DNA of 61,370 nucleotides, filler included, from It is 13 parts of 13 records of this genome, joined end to end, with 100 filler letters (N's around TTAATTAATTAA, not from the genome) between each part and the next. Parts side by side here need not be neighbours in the genome. Positions count along the whole stretch, not along the records: positions 57,851 to 61,370 come from SRR15195285_1001; 12 more parts are not named here. One strand, 5' to 3'. Shown piece by piece: positions 61,341 to 61,370 of this stretch (position 1 is its first letter; each line of letters starts with the position of its first letter). The notes under the pieces were generated by a model. It saw only the letters and a program-made list of their open reading frames with translations, ran no database searches and was not told where the DNA came from. The position numbers and the translations under genes were made by a program.

Positions 61341-61370
61341 CAGCCCCAGCCCCAGCCCCAGCCCCAGCCA
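61341..61370 (+). repeat. (CAGCCC)n hexamer repeat at the window end
   Basis: cagccccagccccagccccagccccagcca, preceded by CAC/CCA-rich low complexity. Confidence 0.85.

Noticed and set aside
61341-61370. (CAGCCC)n as a telomere
   Set aside because: Only about 5 units, not a known telomere motif, and a similar CCCCAG run occurs internally near 34058-34084.

Overview
Eukaryotic nuclear DNA that is GC-rich and gene-dense, with GT-AG spliceosomal introns of mostly about 70-430 nt. It is not one locus: 13 short contigs (3-8 kb) are joined by 12 artificial 100-nt spacers (N44-TTAATTAATTAA-N44), so gene order is meaningful only within a contig. The content suggests a unicellular, probably flagellated protist, but the taxon cannot be assigned from this window. 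Recognisable genes are mitochondrial Lon protease, mitochondrial ATP synthase beta, a spliced NDUFA4/B12D-family gene mostly missed by the ORF track, peptidyl-tRNA hydrolase 2, an MFS transporter, an S28 serine carboxypeptidase, a bestrophin, a MAPEG-like protein, a GAIN/GPS polycystin-like protein and several secreted or cell-surface carbohydrate-active or EGF-rich proteins. The most unusual items are: (1) a Roco (Roc-COR) GTPase whose COR region carries inserted ankyrin, PH and PX domains plus an intact-looking R-S-E ADP-ribosyltransferase domain; (2) a four-exon rhodanese-Rid(YjgF) fusion ending in the peroxisomal signal -AKL; (3) a bestrophin with an inserted SAM domain; (4) a family of short palindromic DNA elements on three contigs; (5) a decayed ABCA pseudogene. 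All domain calls are by-eye motif recognition, and no searches were run.
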